Assembly: GCA_964371255.1 (NCBI GenBank)
Contig: CAYJKV010000002.1
Location: 2,553 to 66,552, forward strand
Length of the DNA stretch: 64,000 bases
Source: an uncultured Candidatus Saccharibacteria bacterium
GTDB taxonomy: Bacteria; Patescibacteriota; Andersenbacteria; UBA10190
Direction of reading: 5' to 3'
In this document: one piece after another, positions 43,420-54,040 of the stretch
Layout: each line of letters starts with the position of its first letter
How positions within the stretch are numbered: position 1 is the stretch's first letter
Notes under the pieces: model-generated
What the model was told of the DNA's origin: nothing
Database searches by the model: none
What the model saw: only the letters and a program-made list of their open reading frames with translations
Position numbers and translations under genes: made by a program

Positions 43420-45282
43420 TTATTTACCGTGCTCGATCCACCATTGCCAAATTTCCTCTGCCACCGGGATCGCATCTACATCCCCTTTGCCTCCCTCTTC
43501 CAGCAACACTGTAATTACTAAATTAGGGCTTTCTATAGGTCCATAACTTGTGAACCAGGCATGTGTGACATCTTCCCTGGCGTCTAACTGGGCTGTCCCA
43601 GTCTTGCCGGCTAAGGCGACTGGCAAACTGTTCAATCGGCGAGCCGAACCTTCTTGCACGGCTTGTCTCATCCCCTGCTGGACAATCTGCAGGTTATTGA
43701 TTGTGATTGGCAATTTAGCGCTTACTGCCCTGTGAGTATTATTCACTTCCTTGCCAGTTTTTTGTTCCGCCACCACGAACGGCGTATATACTGTTCCGCC
43801 ATTGGCAATCGCTGCTGTACTCACGGCTACTTGCAGTGGAGAAACTAACACATCTCCTTGCCCTATCCCCAAATGATAAGTGTCGCCGATATACCATGAT
43901 TCATTCTTGGTTTCGCTTTTCCATTCCGGGGACGGCAATAAACCGGCCGCCTCGCCCGGTAAATCAATCCCGGTAATTTTCCCCCATGAAAAACTGTTCA
44001 AATATTTGGTGATTTTTCTAACCCCTAGTCCTTGTTTAGTTTCATCCCCGCCAGCCAGTAAATAGAAAAACGTGTTGACTGATTCCGCGATCGCTTTCGT
44101 CACGTTAGTTTGCCCATGTCCGCCCGCTTTCCAGTCTGGGAAATTCCACTCGCCAATTTGCAGCCCGCCGCTGGACAGTACTGTAGTCTGGCCGGTAATT
44201 AATTTCTCTTGTAAGCCAGCAGCGGCAATCAGCGGTTTAATCGTCGACCCTGGCGGGTATTTGCCGCCAATCGCGCGATTGAACAGAGGCTGTTGCTCAT
44301 CTAGCAACACCGATCGCGACTCCCCCTGACGGGCTGGTTGGGAAAATACGTTCGGATCATAGGCCGGATAATTGACTAGCGCTAATACCGCGCCGGTTAG
44401 TGGATCCAGCGCGATCACGGCGCCGCGTCGTTTCTTTTCAGCTAATATATTGAAAATAAAATCTTGCAGGTCCGCGTCTATTGTTAGTACTAAATCCTGA
44501 CCCGGTTCAGGTGCGGCCTGTGACAACTCCTTTTGCGGATGACCGTCTGCGTTAACTTCTACATACGCGGCCCCCGACTGACCGCGCAATTCCTCATCGT
44601 ATTTTTTTTCAATTCCTGATTTGCCAATAATGTCATTCATCAACAATGATTCATTACTGAGGATTTCCTCCGCGCTGGCCAGCCCCGTATAGCCAATCAC
44701 ATGAGATAAAGCGTATGGTCTTAAATAGTTTCGTACTGACGCGGACGCTAATTGCACCCCCGGTAATTCCTTGAGTGACCGCTCCAGCTCTATGACCACC
44801 TCGTGCGGCAGCGATTTTATTAGCAGGACCGGTTGGATGTTACCTCGCGCTAAATTAATAGCTTCTCTAACCTGCGCCGGTTCCAAATCTGTGTATTTGA
44901 CTAAACCTTCTATTAATACACTCTCGTTCTCCTGGTTAGGCATGGATAACGGATCAAGCACCAAGTCAGTACTGGCAATATTTTCTACCACCTGACGTCC
45001 ATAGCGATCATAAATGATTCCTCGCGGTGCTGCTTGCAGAATTATTGAGACGCGATTTTCCTCCGCCTGCACATGCCAAGCGTCCCCCTGGATTACTTGG
45101 AGGTAATAGCTCCGCCCTAACAGGATAGCCACTGCACTCACTAGAAAAACTCGCAGTAGTTTGTAGCGCATCACGCGTTTCGCCGTTTGGCCATTCAGAC
45201 TGTCTATTATCGACATGGCAGGCACAGAGCGTCTTTGCCCAGATCGCATTCCCCCGCCGGTAAAATAGTTGATTTTATTCAT
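43420..45282 (-). CDS. mrdA: peptidoglycan D,D-transpeptidase PBP2 (MrdA-like)
   Basis: TM anchor, dimerization domain, and transpeptidase motifs STIKP, SxN and KTGTA. Lies downstream of mreBCD. Confidence 0.9.
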   Translation of the reverse strand: MNKINYFTGGGMRSGQRRSVPAMSIIDSLNGQTAKRVMRYKLLRVFLVSAVAILLGRSYYLQVIQGDAWHVQAEENRVSIILQAAPRGIIYDRYGRQVVENIASTDLVLDPLSMPNQENESVLIEGLVKYTDLEPAQVREAINLARGNIQPVLLIKSLPHEVVIELERSLKELPGVQLASASVRNYLRPYALSHVIGYTGLASAEEILSNESLLMNDIIGKSGIEKKYDEELRGQSGAAYVEVNADGHPQKELSQAAPEPGQDLVLTIDADLQDFIFNILAEKKRRGAVIALDPLTGAVLALVNYPAYDPNVFSQPARQGESRSVLLDEQQPLFNRAIGGKYPPGSTIKPLIAAAGLQEKLITGQTTVLSSGGLQIGEWNFPDWKAGGHGQTNVTKAIAESVNTFFYLLAGGDETKQGLGVRKITKYLNSFSWGKITGIDLPGEAAGLLPSPEWKSETKNESWYIGDTYHLGIGQGDVLVSPLQVAVSTAAIANGGTVYTPFVVAEQKTGKEVNNTHRAVSAKLPITINNLQIVQQGMRQAVQEGSARRLNSLPVALAGKTGTAQLDAREDVTHAWFTSYGPIESPNLVITVLLEEGGKGDVDAIPVAEEIWQWWIEHGK

Positions 45283-45288
45283 CTGGTG

Positions 45289-45738
45289 TCACCATGATCG
45301 ATTATAATGCACCGCGATAATAGAGAGAAATGCCGCGGTGGTGGTGATAATAAACATTGGCGCTATCACCAGCCACGGCATAGCGCTAAAGCTGGAAGCA
45401 GCCAGCACGTCTGGCAAAAACAACACAAAGGTTTGTATCACAGCCGTTAAGGCTACTACCCCTATAAAAATTGTCCCAAAATCGACTTGCCCGCGCCATA
45501 ACTTTTTAATTATGTAGGGTATAAACACTACCAAACTCCCAATGCCCGGCTGCGTCACCGAATATAATTCCGCATATATTGCCAGCGGGGCCAGGTAAAC
45601 CAACGGACTATCAATAGAATAGGTTAAAACTAACGGGACAAAAATGATAAAAGGCAGCAACCAGACGACTTTGCCTATGACTGTGCTTAAAGCAATTAGT
45701 ACAATGACATATAATATTTCGCGGATATTTTCTCTCAC
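45289..45738 (-). CDS. mreD: rod shape-determining protein MreD (by position and topology)
   Basis: 149 aa, five TM helices, overlapping the mreC stop and sitting between mreC and pbp2. Confidence 0.55.
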   Translation of the reverse strand: MRENIREILYVIVLIALSTVIGKVVWLLPFIIFVPLVLTYSIDSPLVYLAPLAIYAELYSVTQPGIGSLVVFIPYIIKKLWRGQVDFGTIFIGVVALTAVIQTFVLFLPDVLAASSFSAMPWLVIAPMFIITTTAAFLSIIAVHYNRSW

Positions 45739-46490
45739 GGTGCTATGAGGACAGTTACGGCTCGAAGTTCTGAAGTATCATATGGTAAATTAAGGCGGGC
45801 GCGCTGATATGGCTCGTACTGCTCGTCCTTCGTTTCTCCAATTTGACCGACCACCAACCCATAAGGAACAAGACCTTCCTGGGTGGCCGTCACTACTTGC
45901 TGGCCTGTTTTGACCTCTACATCTCGCGGTATTGTAATCATTTCGACGCTCGTATACGAACGGCCCTGAACTAGTCCCTTGCCGCTATCTTCATCAGCTA
46001 TCACTTCGGCGGGAAAGGTTGATTGCGGGCTAAACAGTAATTGCAAAACAGCTGTCTCTTCAAATAATTGGCTCACAAAACCAACCACGATAGAATTTTG
46101 GATGACCGCGGGTGCTCCAAGTATTAATCCATCTTGAGCCCCTCGATTTATAATCAGTTGGGCGTGATAGGCGTCAAGCGGTTGAGCGGAAATCCGCGCG
46201 TCAATCTCCCTGAATCCGGCCCTGGGGATTGAGCCCAGCTGTTTCATGATTTCTTGATAGTCCTGGCATTCCGCTTTTAAACGGGCGTTTTCCGCTACTA
46301 AACTGCCTATCTGTTCGGCCACATTATTTGGGACTGTTAATGGTCCAATTTGCCATATTCGACCCATTAAACCCACCCAATTATTCCAGGCTATATCGCG
46401 GGCCTTATCCATTAATGGTGTTTGCAGCCACAACAGCACTATGATCGCTAGCGCCAAAATTATAATAAATATCTTGCTTCGTTTAGTCAT
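45735..46490 (-). CDS. mreC: rod shape-determining protein MreC
   Basis: TM, coiled coil, and an MreC beta-domain containing GLVVG. Confidence 0.8.
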   Translation of the reverse strand: MTKRSKIFIIILALAIIVLLWLQTPLMDKARDIAWNNWVGLMGRIWQIGPLTVPNNVAEQIGSLVAENARLKAECQDYQEIMKQLGSIPRAGFREIDARISAQPLDAYHAQLIINRGAQDGLILGAPAVIQNSIVVGFVSQLFEETAVLQLLFSPQSTFPAEVIADEDSGKGLVQGRSYTSVEMITIPRDVEVKTGQQVVTATQEGLVPYGLVVGQIGETKDEQYEPYQRARLNLPYDTSELRAVTVLIAP

Positions 46491-46742
46491 CCTATCCTCC
46501 TCATATTAAGTCCAGCATGTTGAAGTATTCTTATGAGTTATTCGCCTCAGCCCAGACCCGTCGGCCCTCTTTCAAAACGTGAAAACTATTATTAATCCTT
46601 CCCCGTGCGCCCCCATCAACAGTGTCTAATTATACACTACTACCAGTCATGCCAGGAAAAGGCCTGTTTTGTCTCCGGCCAAGATAAATACTATCTGCTT
46701 TTCTTAACAGTCAGTCAGCTATTTGACCGAAGCTTATACCTT

Positions 46743-47801
46743 TTACTTCAGTTGTACGTCATGCACGCTCGGTAGCAGCATCTCCTGCACGGCTTCGATG
46801 TCTTCCAGTACAATGCCGGTGCCGCGCACCACGCTTGTCAGGGGATCGTCAGTCAGCCGAGTTTTTATCTGTGTCGCCTGTCTGATCACCTGATCCAATC
46901 CTCTTACTAAACTGCCGCCTCCTGCTAACATAATACCCTGCTCGATAATGTCGGATATCAGCTCGGGGGGTGTTTCCTCCACCGTATTCCGCACCGCCGT
47001 CACAATCGTGCTGATTGAACGCTGCAGCGCTTCCCTGACTTGGGTATCGCTTAACATCACTTCCTTCGGCAAGCCGGTTACCAAATCCCGCCCCCGGATC
47101 GGTGTTTCCAGCGGGCTTGATAATTCCACAACCGAACCAATTCTGATCTTCACCTCTTCTGCCGACCTTTCTCCCACCAACATATTAAAATTATCACGGG
47201 CGTATTGCATAATATTCTCGTTCATTTCATCTCCGGCTACGCGAATGGTCCGGCTCACTACAATTCCTCCCAGTGATATCACGGCTACTTCGGTTGTGCC
47301 GCCGCCAATATCAACTATCATATTGCCCATCGCTTCATGGACCGGCATGCGCGAGCCAATCGCCGAAGCCATCGACTCTTCAATTAAAAACACATTGCGC
47401 GCGCCAGCTCGCAGGCTTGCTTCTTCTACAGCCCGCCGTTCCACCTCTGTCACCGACGAAGGAATGCCAATAACTACGCGCGGCCTCGGCAGGATATGAA
47501 AACCTTCCTGATGCACCTTTTGAATAAAGTAGCGTAACATCTGTTCCGTCACTTCAAAATCAGATATCACTCCGTCTCGCAGCGGTCTCACTGCTACAAT
47601 ATGGGATGGAGTTTTGCCTACCATCCGTTGTGCGTCGCGCCCGATCGCCAGTACATCGCCTGTTCGTTTATTAATGGCCACCACCGATGGTTCATTAATT
47701 ACTATCCCGCGACCGCGCACATACACCAATGTATTGGCTGTCCCTAAGTCAATGCCGATATCCTGAGAAAAAGCGCCAAATATTTTATCGGTGATTCTCA
47801 T
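46743..47801 (-). CDS. mreB: rod shape-determining protein MreB
   Basis: Actin-fold motifs DLGTANT and DIGGGTTE, full length. Confidence 0.95.
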   Translation of the reverse strand: MRITDKIFGAFSQDIGIDLGTANTLVYVRGRGIVINEPSVVAINKRTGDVLAIGRDAQRMVGKTPSHIVAVRPLRDGVISDFEVTEQMLRYFIQKVHQEGFHILPRPRVVIGIPSSVTEVERRAVEEASLRAGARNVFLIEESMASAIGSRMPVHEAMGNMIVDIGGGTTEVAVISLGGIVVSRTIRVAGDEMNENIMQYARDNFNMLVGERSAEEVKIRIGSVVELSSPLETPIRGRDLVTGLPKEVMLSDTQVREALQRSISTIVTAVRNTVEETPPELISDIIEQGIMLAGGGSLVRGLDQVIRQATQIKTRLTDDPLTSVVRGTGIVLEDIEAVQEMLLPSVHDVQLK

Positions 47802-49038
47802 TATCCTTTACCCGCCCTACCAGTTCATTTAAACTCATGATTTCCGGTTCCGCTTGGTTTCTCGCTTTCACCTCAATTTTATCCGCTGTTCTATTGGACA
47901 CCACTGCTCGCCACGGCACGCCTATCAAGTCCGCTTCCGCCAACTTTTCTCCGGCCGATACATCAGCTCGGTCATCCCACAACACTTCAATCCCGTTTTC
48001 TTCCAGCTGACGTAAAAAGTGTTCACTTTGAGATACGGTCGCTGCATTGTCCATGTTCAAAATTACCCCATGTACCTGAAATGGAGCTACCGCTTTCGGC
48101 CAGATAATGCCTTTAGCATCATGAAACTTTTCTACTATCACGCCCATGACGCGTGATGAGCCAATGCCGTAGGAAGCCATCACTACCGGTTGCTGCTGTC
48201 CGCTTTGATCGGTGTACGTGTAGCCAAAGGCGCTGGAATATTTTGTTCCCAGCGGAAAAATATTACCAACTTCGCAAGCATGTTTAACCGTCAATTTACC
48301 CCGGGCGTGGTTTTCTACCACTTCCGCGTTAAAGGCTTCGTTAGTTTGCTCATCAATATAAATCGTATCCTCGCCGCTCTCGCACAGTGTTTGAAACTCG
48401 TGCGAAAAATTAGCCGTGAACTCTCCGCCAGTCGCTTTGGTGATGTACGTGTCCTGGCCAATACCTAAACGATTGAAAATTTTCACGTATACTTCTTTTA
48501 CCTTCTCGTAAAATTCCAGCATGTCCTTCTCCGTCGCGTGAAAACTATACAGGTCCTTCATGCGGAATTCGCGCCCCCTTAATAATCCGGACTTTGGCCG
48601 TTCTTCATTGCGAAACTTGGTTTGGATCTGGTAAACAGCAAACGGTAAATCCTTATAGCTGGTTTTAATCTTCTGCGCGATGGGGGTAATTACCTCTTCG
48701 TGACTGGGATTGATAATGTAGTTTGCGCTATTTCTTTTCACGGACGCTTCATTCGCTCCGCTGGCCATAAATAATATATCGATATTTTCTCGGCCTGTTT
48801 GTTGCCATAATTGCTTTGGCGCCAGCGCTGGCATTAACATTTCCGTGCCAACCGCATTCATCTCCTCGCGGATAATATTTTCAATTTTGCCTAGGACACG
48901 CCAGCCTAATGGTAAAAAAGTGTAGACACCGGCCATAGCCTGCTCAATATATCCACCCTTTTGCAGCAGCGTTGCGTTTACTGAATCGTATTCACGGGCA
49001 TCCTTACTTGTTTTAATCAGTAGTGACGAATATCGCAT
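47785..49038 (-). CDS. proS: proline--tRNA ligase (short form lacking the INS editing domain)
   Basis: Class II core plus C-terminal anticodon-binding domain. At 417 aa there is no insertion domain. Confidence 0.9.
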   Translation of the reverse strand: MRYSSLLIKTSKDAREYDSVNATLLQKGGYIEQAMAGVYTFLPLGWRVLGKIENIIREEMNAVGTEMLMPALAPKQLWQQTGRENIDILFMASGANEASVKRNSANYIINPSHEEVITPIAQKIKTSYKDLPFAVYQIQTKFRNEERPKSGLLRGREFRMKDLYSFHATEKDMLEFYEKVKEVYVKIFNRLGIGQDTYITKATGGEFTANFSHEFQTLCESGEDTIYIDEQTNEAFNAEVVENHARGKLTVKHACEVGNIFPLGTKYSSAFGYTYTDQSGQQQPVVMASYGIGSSRVMGVIVEKFHDAKGIIWPKAVAPFQVHGVILNMDNAATVSQSEHFLRQLEENGIEVLWDDRADVSAGEKLAEADLIGVPWRAVVSNRTADKIEVKARNQAEPEIMSLNELVGRVKDNENHR

Positions 49039-49047
49039 GATCTTTGC

Positions 49048-50124
49048 TTATAAATAACGGCTTAGATCCCGCACTGTGATGAGGACCATTAATATTATTA
49101 GTAGGCCAAATCCTGTCAGGTGACTATAGTATTCAATTTTGGCGGGGACCCGACGGCGGAAAATTGCCTCCAATACCACAAACAAAATCCGCCCACCATC
49201 AAGTGCCGGTATGGGCAAAAGATTAATGATAGCCAGATTCAGACTGATAAAAGCGGCAAATTCCAGTATATAGCTCAAGCCCAAATTAGTCATCTCGTTG
49301 GTATATACGGCAATGCCGATTGGGCCGGCTACAGCCTCACTGACTCCTTGACGGGCAATCAATCGGCCGATTACCGCCGTGAATTCCGAGCCAATGAGCC
49401 AGGTCGCCTGCCCAGCCCTCTTAATCCCTGCCCAGGGAGCATTCCACCAAGCAACTTTTTCCAGGCCGGTCATCTGTAGTACAATCCCTAACGGTCCTTC
49501 CTCCGGTGTGACCTCGGTGCGGGGCACTGCGGCGATATCCAGATGTCGGCCCTGCCTTTCAATCTCCATATTTATCTCGCGTCCGGCATGGCTGCTAATT
49601 TCCTGTTTGACTTGTTCCAGTGTTGGGTCAATCACAGAATTGATTCGGACAATTCTATCCAGCGCCTTGAGTCCGGCCTGCTCGGCTGGTGTGTTGGGAT
49701 CCACATCCACGATAAATGTCCGCCGATCCTTCACTTGCTGGTAATTATCATCTGTTACTAAAGTTGGCACGCCGACTAAAGCTTGCCACGTCAACAGCAC
49801 TATGGCTAAGACGACGTTCATCGCCACTCCTGCCGCTAGGATAGCAATGCGCCAGGGGATACTCTTACTGGCAAAACTGTCCGGTCCGGGATTGGTATCT
49901 TGATTGTCTTCTCCTTCAATTTTTACATAGCCGCCGATCGGCAGCAGATTAATCGTAAACAATGTTCCACCGCGCTTAAATGACCATAGTCTGGGGGGAA
50001 AACCAAAAGCGAATTCTTCCACCCGGCATCCGGCCCATTTAGCCGCCACCAAGTGGCCAAACTCATGGACCAGCACCAAAGCCAAGAGCATCACCACAAA
50101 GACGATAATTGTTATCAATAACAT
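49048..50124 (-). CDS. rseP: RIP metalloprotease RseP (site-2 protease, M50)
   Basis: HEFGHL zinc motif, a PDZ domain, and the LDGG motif in a C-terminal TM helix. Confidence 0.9.
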   Translation of the reverse strand: MLLITIIVFVVMLLALVLVHEFGHLVAAKWAGCRVEEFAFGFPPRLWSFKRGGTLFTINLLPIGGYVKIEGEDNQDTNPGPDSFASKSIPWRIAILAAGVAMNVVLAIVLLTWQALVGVPTLVTDDNYQQVKDRRTFIVDVDPNTPAEQAGLKALDRIVRINSVIDPTLEQVKQEISSHAGREINMEIERQGRHLDIAAVPRTEVTPEEGPLGIVLQMTGLEKVAWWNAPWAGIKRAGQATWLIGSEFTAVIGRLIARQGVSEAVAGPIGIAVYTNEMTNLGLSYILEFAAFISLNLAIINLLPIPALDGGRILFVVLEAIFRRRVPAKIEYYSHLTGFGLLIILMVLITVRDLSRYL

Positions 50125-50208
50125 AAAATTAACTTAATTATTCTATTCTACCTTAATCCCCAGGTTAAGATATACCATACCATTTACTCGGCCCGTTTCC
50201 CCCGACTA

Positions 50209-50769
50209 TTACAGGGTGGTTATTTCTTTTTCCTTCTTAGCCGCTAATTCTTCTAAACGCTGGTTGGATTGATCAATCATCTCGTCTAATTTTTCCTTAC
50301 CCTCATAAAATTCATCTTCCGTCAGGTCGCCTTTTTCCTTAGCTTCTTTAATCTTCTTTAATTCCTCATCTCGCGCTTGCCGGAGCCGAACCCTTGCCTC
50401 TTCCGTCTTATTATTTAATTGCTTGACCGTCCGTTCCCGTCCTTCTTCTGTCAACGAAGGGAAAACGATCCGAATAATCGCCCCGTCGACTATCGGCATC
50501 ACACCCAGTTGCGCCTCGGTTAGCGCTTTTTCAATCGCCGTGATCGCCCCTTTGTCCCAGGGAGAAATGGCTAATGTCCTGGCATCTGTGTTATTGACCG
50601 AGGCGAGTCCATTCAGCGGAGTGATCGCTCCATAATGCTCCACGTTAATATGCATGACCATCTCGGGCGTGACTCGTCCCGTTCGAATATGTGTAATTTC
50701 TTGTTGAAACCATTCCATTGCTTCCTCTTCCTGTTGGCTAAACGATCCTAAATTATCCTTTAGTGACAT
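50209..50769 (-). CDS. frr: ribosome recycling factor
   Basis: Full-length RRF with characteristic R-rich helices. Confidence 0.95.
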   Translation of the reverse strand: MSLKDNLGSFSQQEEEAMEWFQQEITHIRTGRVTPEMVMHINVEHYGAITPLNGLASVNNTDARTLAISPWDKGAITAIEKALTEAQLGVMPIVDGAIIRIVFPSLTEEGRERTVKQLNNKTEEARVRLRQARDEELKKIKEAKEKGDLTEDEFYEGKEKLDEMIDQSNQRLEELAAKKEKEITTL

Positions 50770-50816
50770 ATGTAATTAATTCTTAAGGGTTAATTACTTA
50801 CTGATAATTATACCTT

Positions 50817-51503
50817 CTATTTCTGCTCCCCGCCTAAATGTGCCAGTAAAACCTCTTTCGCTAATTTTTCATTACCGCCTTTCTCCTTTATTCGATAATA
50901 ATCAATTAGTCGTAATAACAATATTTTCAAATCCCGGCTCGGTCCATTTTCTGCTAATTCCTCGTCTACATATTGCGCCACACCCATGATCTCGTCGTGG
51001 CTTACTGAATCCGCGCTATTCAGCTTTGCCGACAGCTCAGATCGTAGCTTGAGGTTTCTGTCAGTCCCAGTCCGGTCGGACATATTTTTAACGCTCATCA
51101 GCGTGCAGCGCGATCTTATAGTGATTAGGAGTCGGCCCGGCCATTTGGTCGTTAAGATGTATCTGGTCGAATCCGGCGCCTCCTCCAAGTTCTTGAGCAG
51201 CATGCTCGCCGCCGCTTGGCCTAATAAATGTGCCTGTTTAATGTAAAATATTCGCTTTTGTTTAATCGGCTTTAGTCTCAAGCGTGATAAAAAAGTTCTT
51301 ACTTGTTTAATCGATATGCTGCGAGTCGTGGTGGATAATCTTTCAATGTCGTTGATCGCCACCCATTGATCTGCCGTGGCCTGCTGAATTACCTCTTCGA
51401 TCATCTGTTCTAGTTCTGACTCATTTTGTCCCACCACCAACAAAGGTGCCTGAGCCTCAGCCGCTTGAAGCCACTGTTTGATTTGCTCGCCTTGTCCGTT
51501 CAT
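50817..51503 (-). CDS. holB: DNA polymerase III delta-prime-like clamp-loader subunit
   Basis: AAA+ sensor region AASMLLKNLEEAP with TIRSRC. The Walker A is degenerate, as is typical for delta-prime. Confidence 0.7.
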   Translation of the reverse strand: MNGQGEQIKQWLQAAEAQAPLLVVGQNESELEQMIEEVIQQATADQWVAINDIERLSTTTRSISIKQVRTFLSRLRLKPIKQKRIFYIKQAHLLGQAAASMLLKNLEEAPDSTRYILTTKWPGRLLITIRSRCTLMSVKNMSDRTGTDRNLKLRSELSAKLNSADSVSHDEIMGVAQYVDEELAENGPSRDLKILLLRLIDYYRIKEKGGNEKLAKEVLLAHLGGEQK

Positions 51504-51527
51504 TGAGTTTGTTTCCTCATCATCCTG

Positions 51528-52400
51528 CTATTTGCCAAGTTTTGCCAAATAATACAGCACCGGCGGGGCAACAAAAATCGAGGAATAGGTGCCAATGATC
51601 GTGCCGGCGATTAAGGCCACGATAAACCACTGGATGGTCGATCCGCCAATCGCTAATAACACAAACAATACTAATAAAGTTGCCCATCCGGTATTCAATG
51701 ACCTGGTCAAGCTCTTGCTGTTCGCGCGATCCAGTACCGTTAATAAATCATCGCTCCGATTGGCCAGCCACTCTGTTTTAAAACGGTTAAAAATAACAAT
51801 CGTGTCGTTTACCGAATATCCCAAGATTGCCAGTATCGCCGTTACGAACATCGTGTCAATCACTACCCCATACCACTGGCCTAGCAATACGAACAAGGCC
51901 AGCACGAATAACAAATCATGAACAGATGCATACACCGCGGCCAGCCCCAGTTTCCAGGAAGCCACGAAGCCAGACACTTGTCGGAAGGTATAGGCTAGGT
52001 AAACAACTAGCATCACCACCGCCAGGGATAATGCAATTATCGATTTACGCCTTAACTCCGCACCAATCGTCGGCCCAATCGACTCAAAGCGTAGCTCTTC
52101 TTTCAGCAAATTTTCCCGATTTAGCACACTGATGATAGCCGTATGCTGTTCCTCTGTCAGCGGCTCAGCCTTAATAATCAGACGATTTTCCTTACTGGTC
52201 TGGACGGACATGCTAATATTCGTTTCCTTGCTCAGTAAGGCGCGCGTTGTTTCCACCTCAGCATTATTAGTATCAAGTTCCATCAATGAACCGCCCGTAA
52301 AATCAATTCCCCATGTCGGTCTGATGATAATAACTATGGCCGCCGCCACCGCGATGGTAACTAACGGCAGAACAAACCATAATTTTATTCGTCTGATCAT
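51528..52400 (-). CDS. secF: protein translocase subunit SecF
   Basis: Six-TM SecF architecture, overlapping the secD stop. Confidence 0.9.
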   Translation of the reverse strand: MIRRIKLWFVLPLVTIAVAAAIVIIIRPTWGIDFTGGSLMELDTNNAEVETTRALLSKETNISMSVQTSKENRLIIKAEPLTEEQHTAIISVLNRENLLKEELRFESIGPTIGAELRRKSIIALSLAVVMLVVYLAYTFRQVSGFVASWKLGLAAVYASVHDLLFVLALFVLLGQWYGVVIDTMFVTAILAILGYSVNDTIVIFNRFKTEWLANRSDDLLTVLDRANSKSLTRSLNTGWATLLVLFVLLAIGGSTIQWFIVALIAGTIIGTYSSIFVAPPVLYYLAKLGK

Positions 52401-53740
52401 GAAAGTTGCTTAATGTTTTTGACTGCCAAGAATAACGCGCGGTGAGTAAAACGATAGGACACCAGCCAGCTTAAAAATATTTTGGTGACGGTGATCGCTG
52501 TAAACATTGACAGGATTATGCCGATGCCATAAGTGAGGGCAAATCCCCGCACGATTGACGTGCCCATGGCATATAAAATAACGGCGGTAATCAAGCTGGA
52601 TAAATTTGACGCCTTGATCGAGTCCCACGCTTCCTTAAATCCATCATCCAGCGCGTACGGGACAGTTCTTCCTGCTCTCAGGTTTTCCTTAAATCGTTCA
52701 AAAATTAACACGTTCGCGTCAACCGCCATGCCGACCGTTATGATAAATCCCGCCACTCCAGCCAGCGTCATTGTGATCGGTATTAACTTAATCAATGCCA
52801 GGAAAAGTGCCGCATACAATAAGAGAGCGAGAGTGGCCACCAGGCCGGGTAAGCGATAATAACCGATCATCCAGACCGCTATTAAGATCAGGCCAATTAC
52901 GCCGGCTTTTATACTGCGCTCGGCCGATTCCTGGCCTAATGATGGTCCGATCGTTTGTTGCCCGATCAGTTCGATCGGTACTGGTAAAGCGCCGGCATTT
53001 AAACGTCTCGATAATTCCTTGGCTTCGTTCAGGGTGAATCCTCCGGAAATCACAGCTTGCCCGTTGGTTATCTCTGCTTGCACCACCGGGGCGCTAATGG
53101 GCACTTGGTCCAAATAAATCGCGATCCTTTTATTCAAATTATCCTTCGTCAACTTGGCAAACATTTCCGTGCCTGCCGCGTCGAATTCCAAGTTTACTTG
53201 TGGTTGTCCCACCACGGAATCAAACGATACTGACGAGCGCTTTAAATTTTTTCCGGTCAGCTCCGTTCTTTCAAAGACCGGACCCGTTAAGGCGCTGGGG
53301 TCGTCCACGTTAAATTGTTCTAAGGCCTCATCTGTGCCTACCTCGCGTCTAAAGTCTAATTGCGGTGTCGCCCCGATCATTTGAATAGCTGTGTTGGGAT
53401 CATGAACACCGGCGAGCTCGACTGTCACACGGTATTCATCCCCCACTTGATTCGTCCTAATCTCCGGTTCCGCTATGCCAAAAGCGTTAACCCGCCGTTC
53501 AATCACATCCCTGACCCCGGCAATTGCGTCCGTCGCGTCCGTGTCTGATATCCCCTCTAAGTCAGCCCGGTAAATCAGATAAGCCCCACCTTGCAAATCA
53601 AGGCCGAGTTTCACCGTCAAGTCACGTTCCATCTGGCCAACCTTTAAACTCGGATGCCAAGGGCTATCAATCCAGCCGGCCATTGCCAGCAATAACAAGA
53701 TCGCACCCATCGCTAACCATCTTTTGTTCTTTGGCATCAT
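52397..53740 (-). CDS. secD: protein translocase subunit SecD
   Basis: Large periplasmic domain plus a six-TM SecD C-terminal region. Confidence 0.9.
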   Translation of the reverse strand: MMPKNKRWLAMGAILLLLAMAGWIDSPWHPSLKVGQMERDLTVKLGLDLQGGAYLIYRADLEGISDTDATDAIAGVRDVIERRVNAFGIAEPEIRTNQVGDEYRVTVELAGVHDPNTAIQMIGATPQLDFRREVGTDEALEQFNVDDPSALTGPVFERTELTGKNLKRSSVSFDSVVGQPQVNLEFDAAGTEMFAKLTKDNLNKRIAIYLDQVPISAPVVQAEITNGQAVISGGFTLNEAKELSRRLNAGALPVPIELIGQQTIGPSLGQESAERSIKAGVIGLILIAVWMIGYYRLPGLVATLALLLYAALFLALIKLIPITMTLAGVAGFIITVGMAVDANVLIFERFKENLRAGRTVPYALDDGFKEAWDSIKASNLSSLITAVILYAMGTSIVRGFALTYGIGIILSMFTAITVTKIFLSWLVSYRFTHRALFLAVKNIKQLS

Positions 53741-53826
53741 AGTCCTTATATATGTTTATAGCTGCCTAGAACCTTTTTGGGAAGCCTATACACTGACAAA
53801 ACAGTGCTTGGTTTCCTAAAAAGATT

Positions 53827-54039
53827 TTATTTATTGTTAATATGTTCAAACCTTCTTATTTTCTTGCCGTTGATTTCAATTCTTTCGTTAAACATTATCA
53901 ACGGTCGCACCCATAAATCCTTATTTCTATAAAGCGCTCGATACACAACTAGTTCATTGAGTGTTTCACTATGTTTAGCAATACCTATCACCTCATATTC
54001 CTTCCCCTTGTAGTGCCTATATTTTCCTAATTTAAGCAT
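53827..54039 (-). CDS. DUF1653-family small protein
   Basis: Motif YKGKEYEVIGIAKHSET..LVVYRALY...LWVRPL. The ATG lies 2 nt after the secA stop codon; the track ORF extends further upstream into secA and is likely an artefact. Confidence 0.7.
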   Translation of the reverse strand: MLKLGKYRHYKGKEYEVIGIAKHSETLNELVVYRALYRNKDLWVRPLIMFNERIEINGKKIRRFEHINNK

Positions 54040-54040
54040 A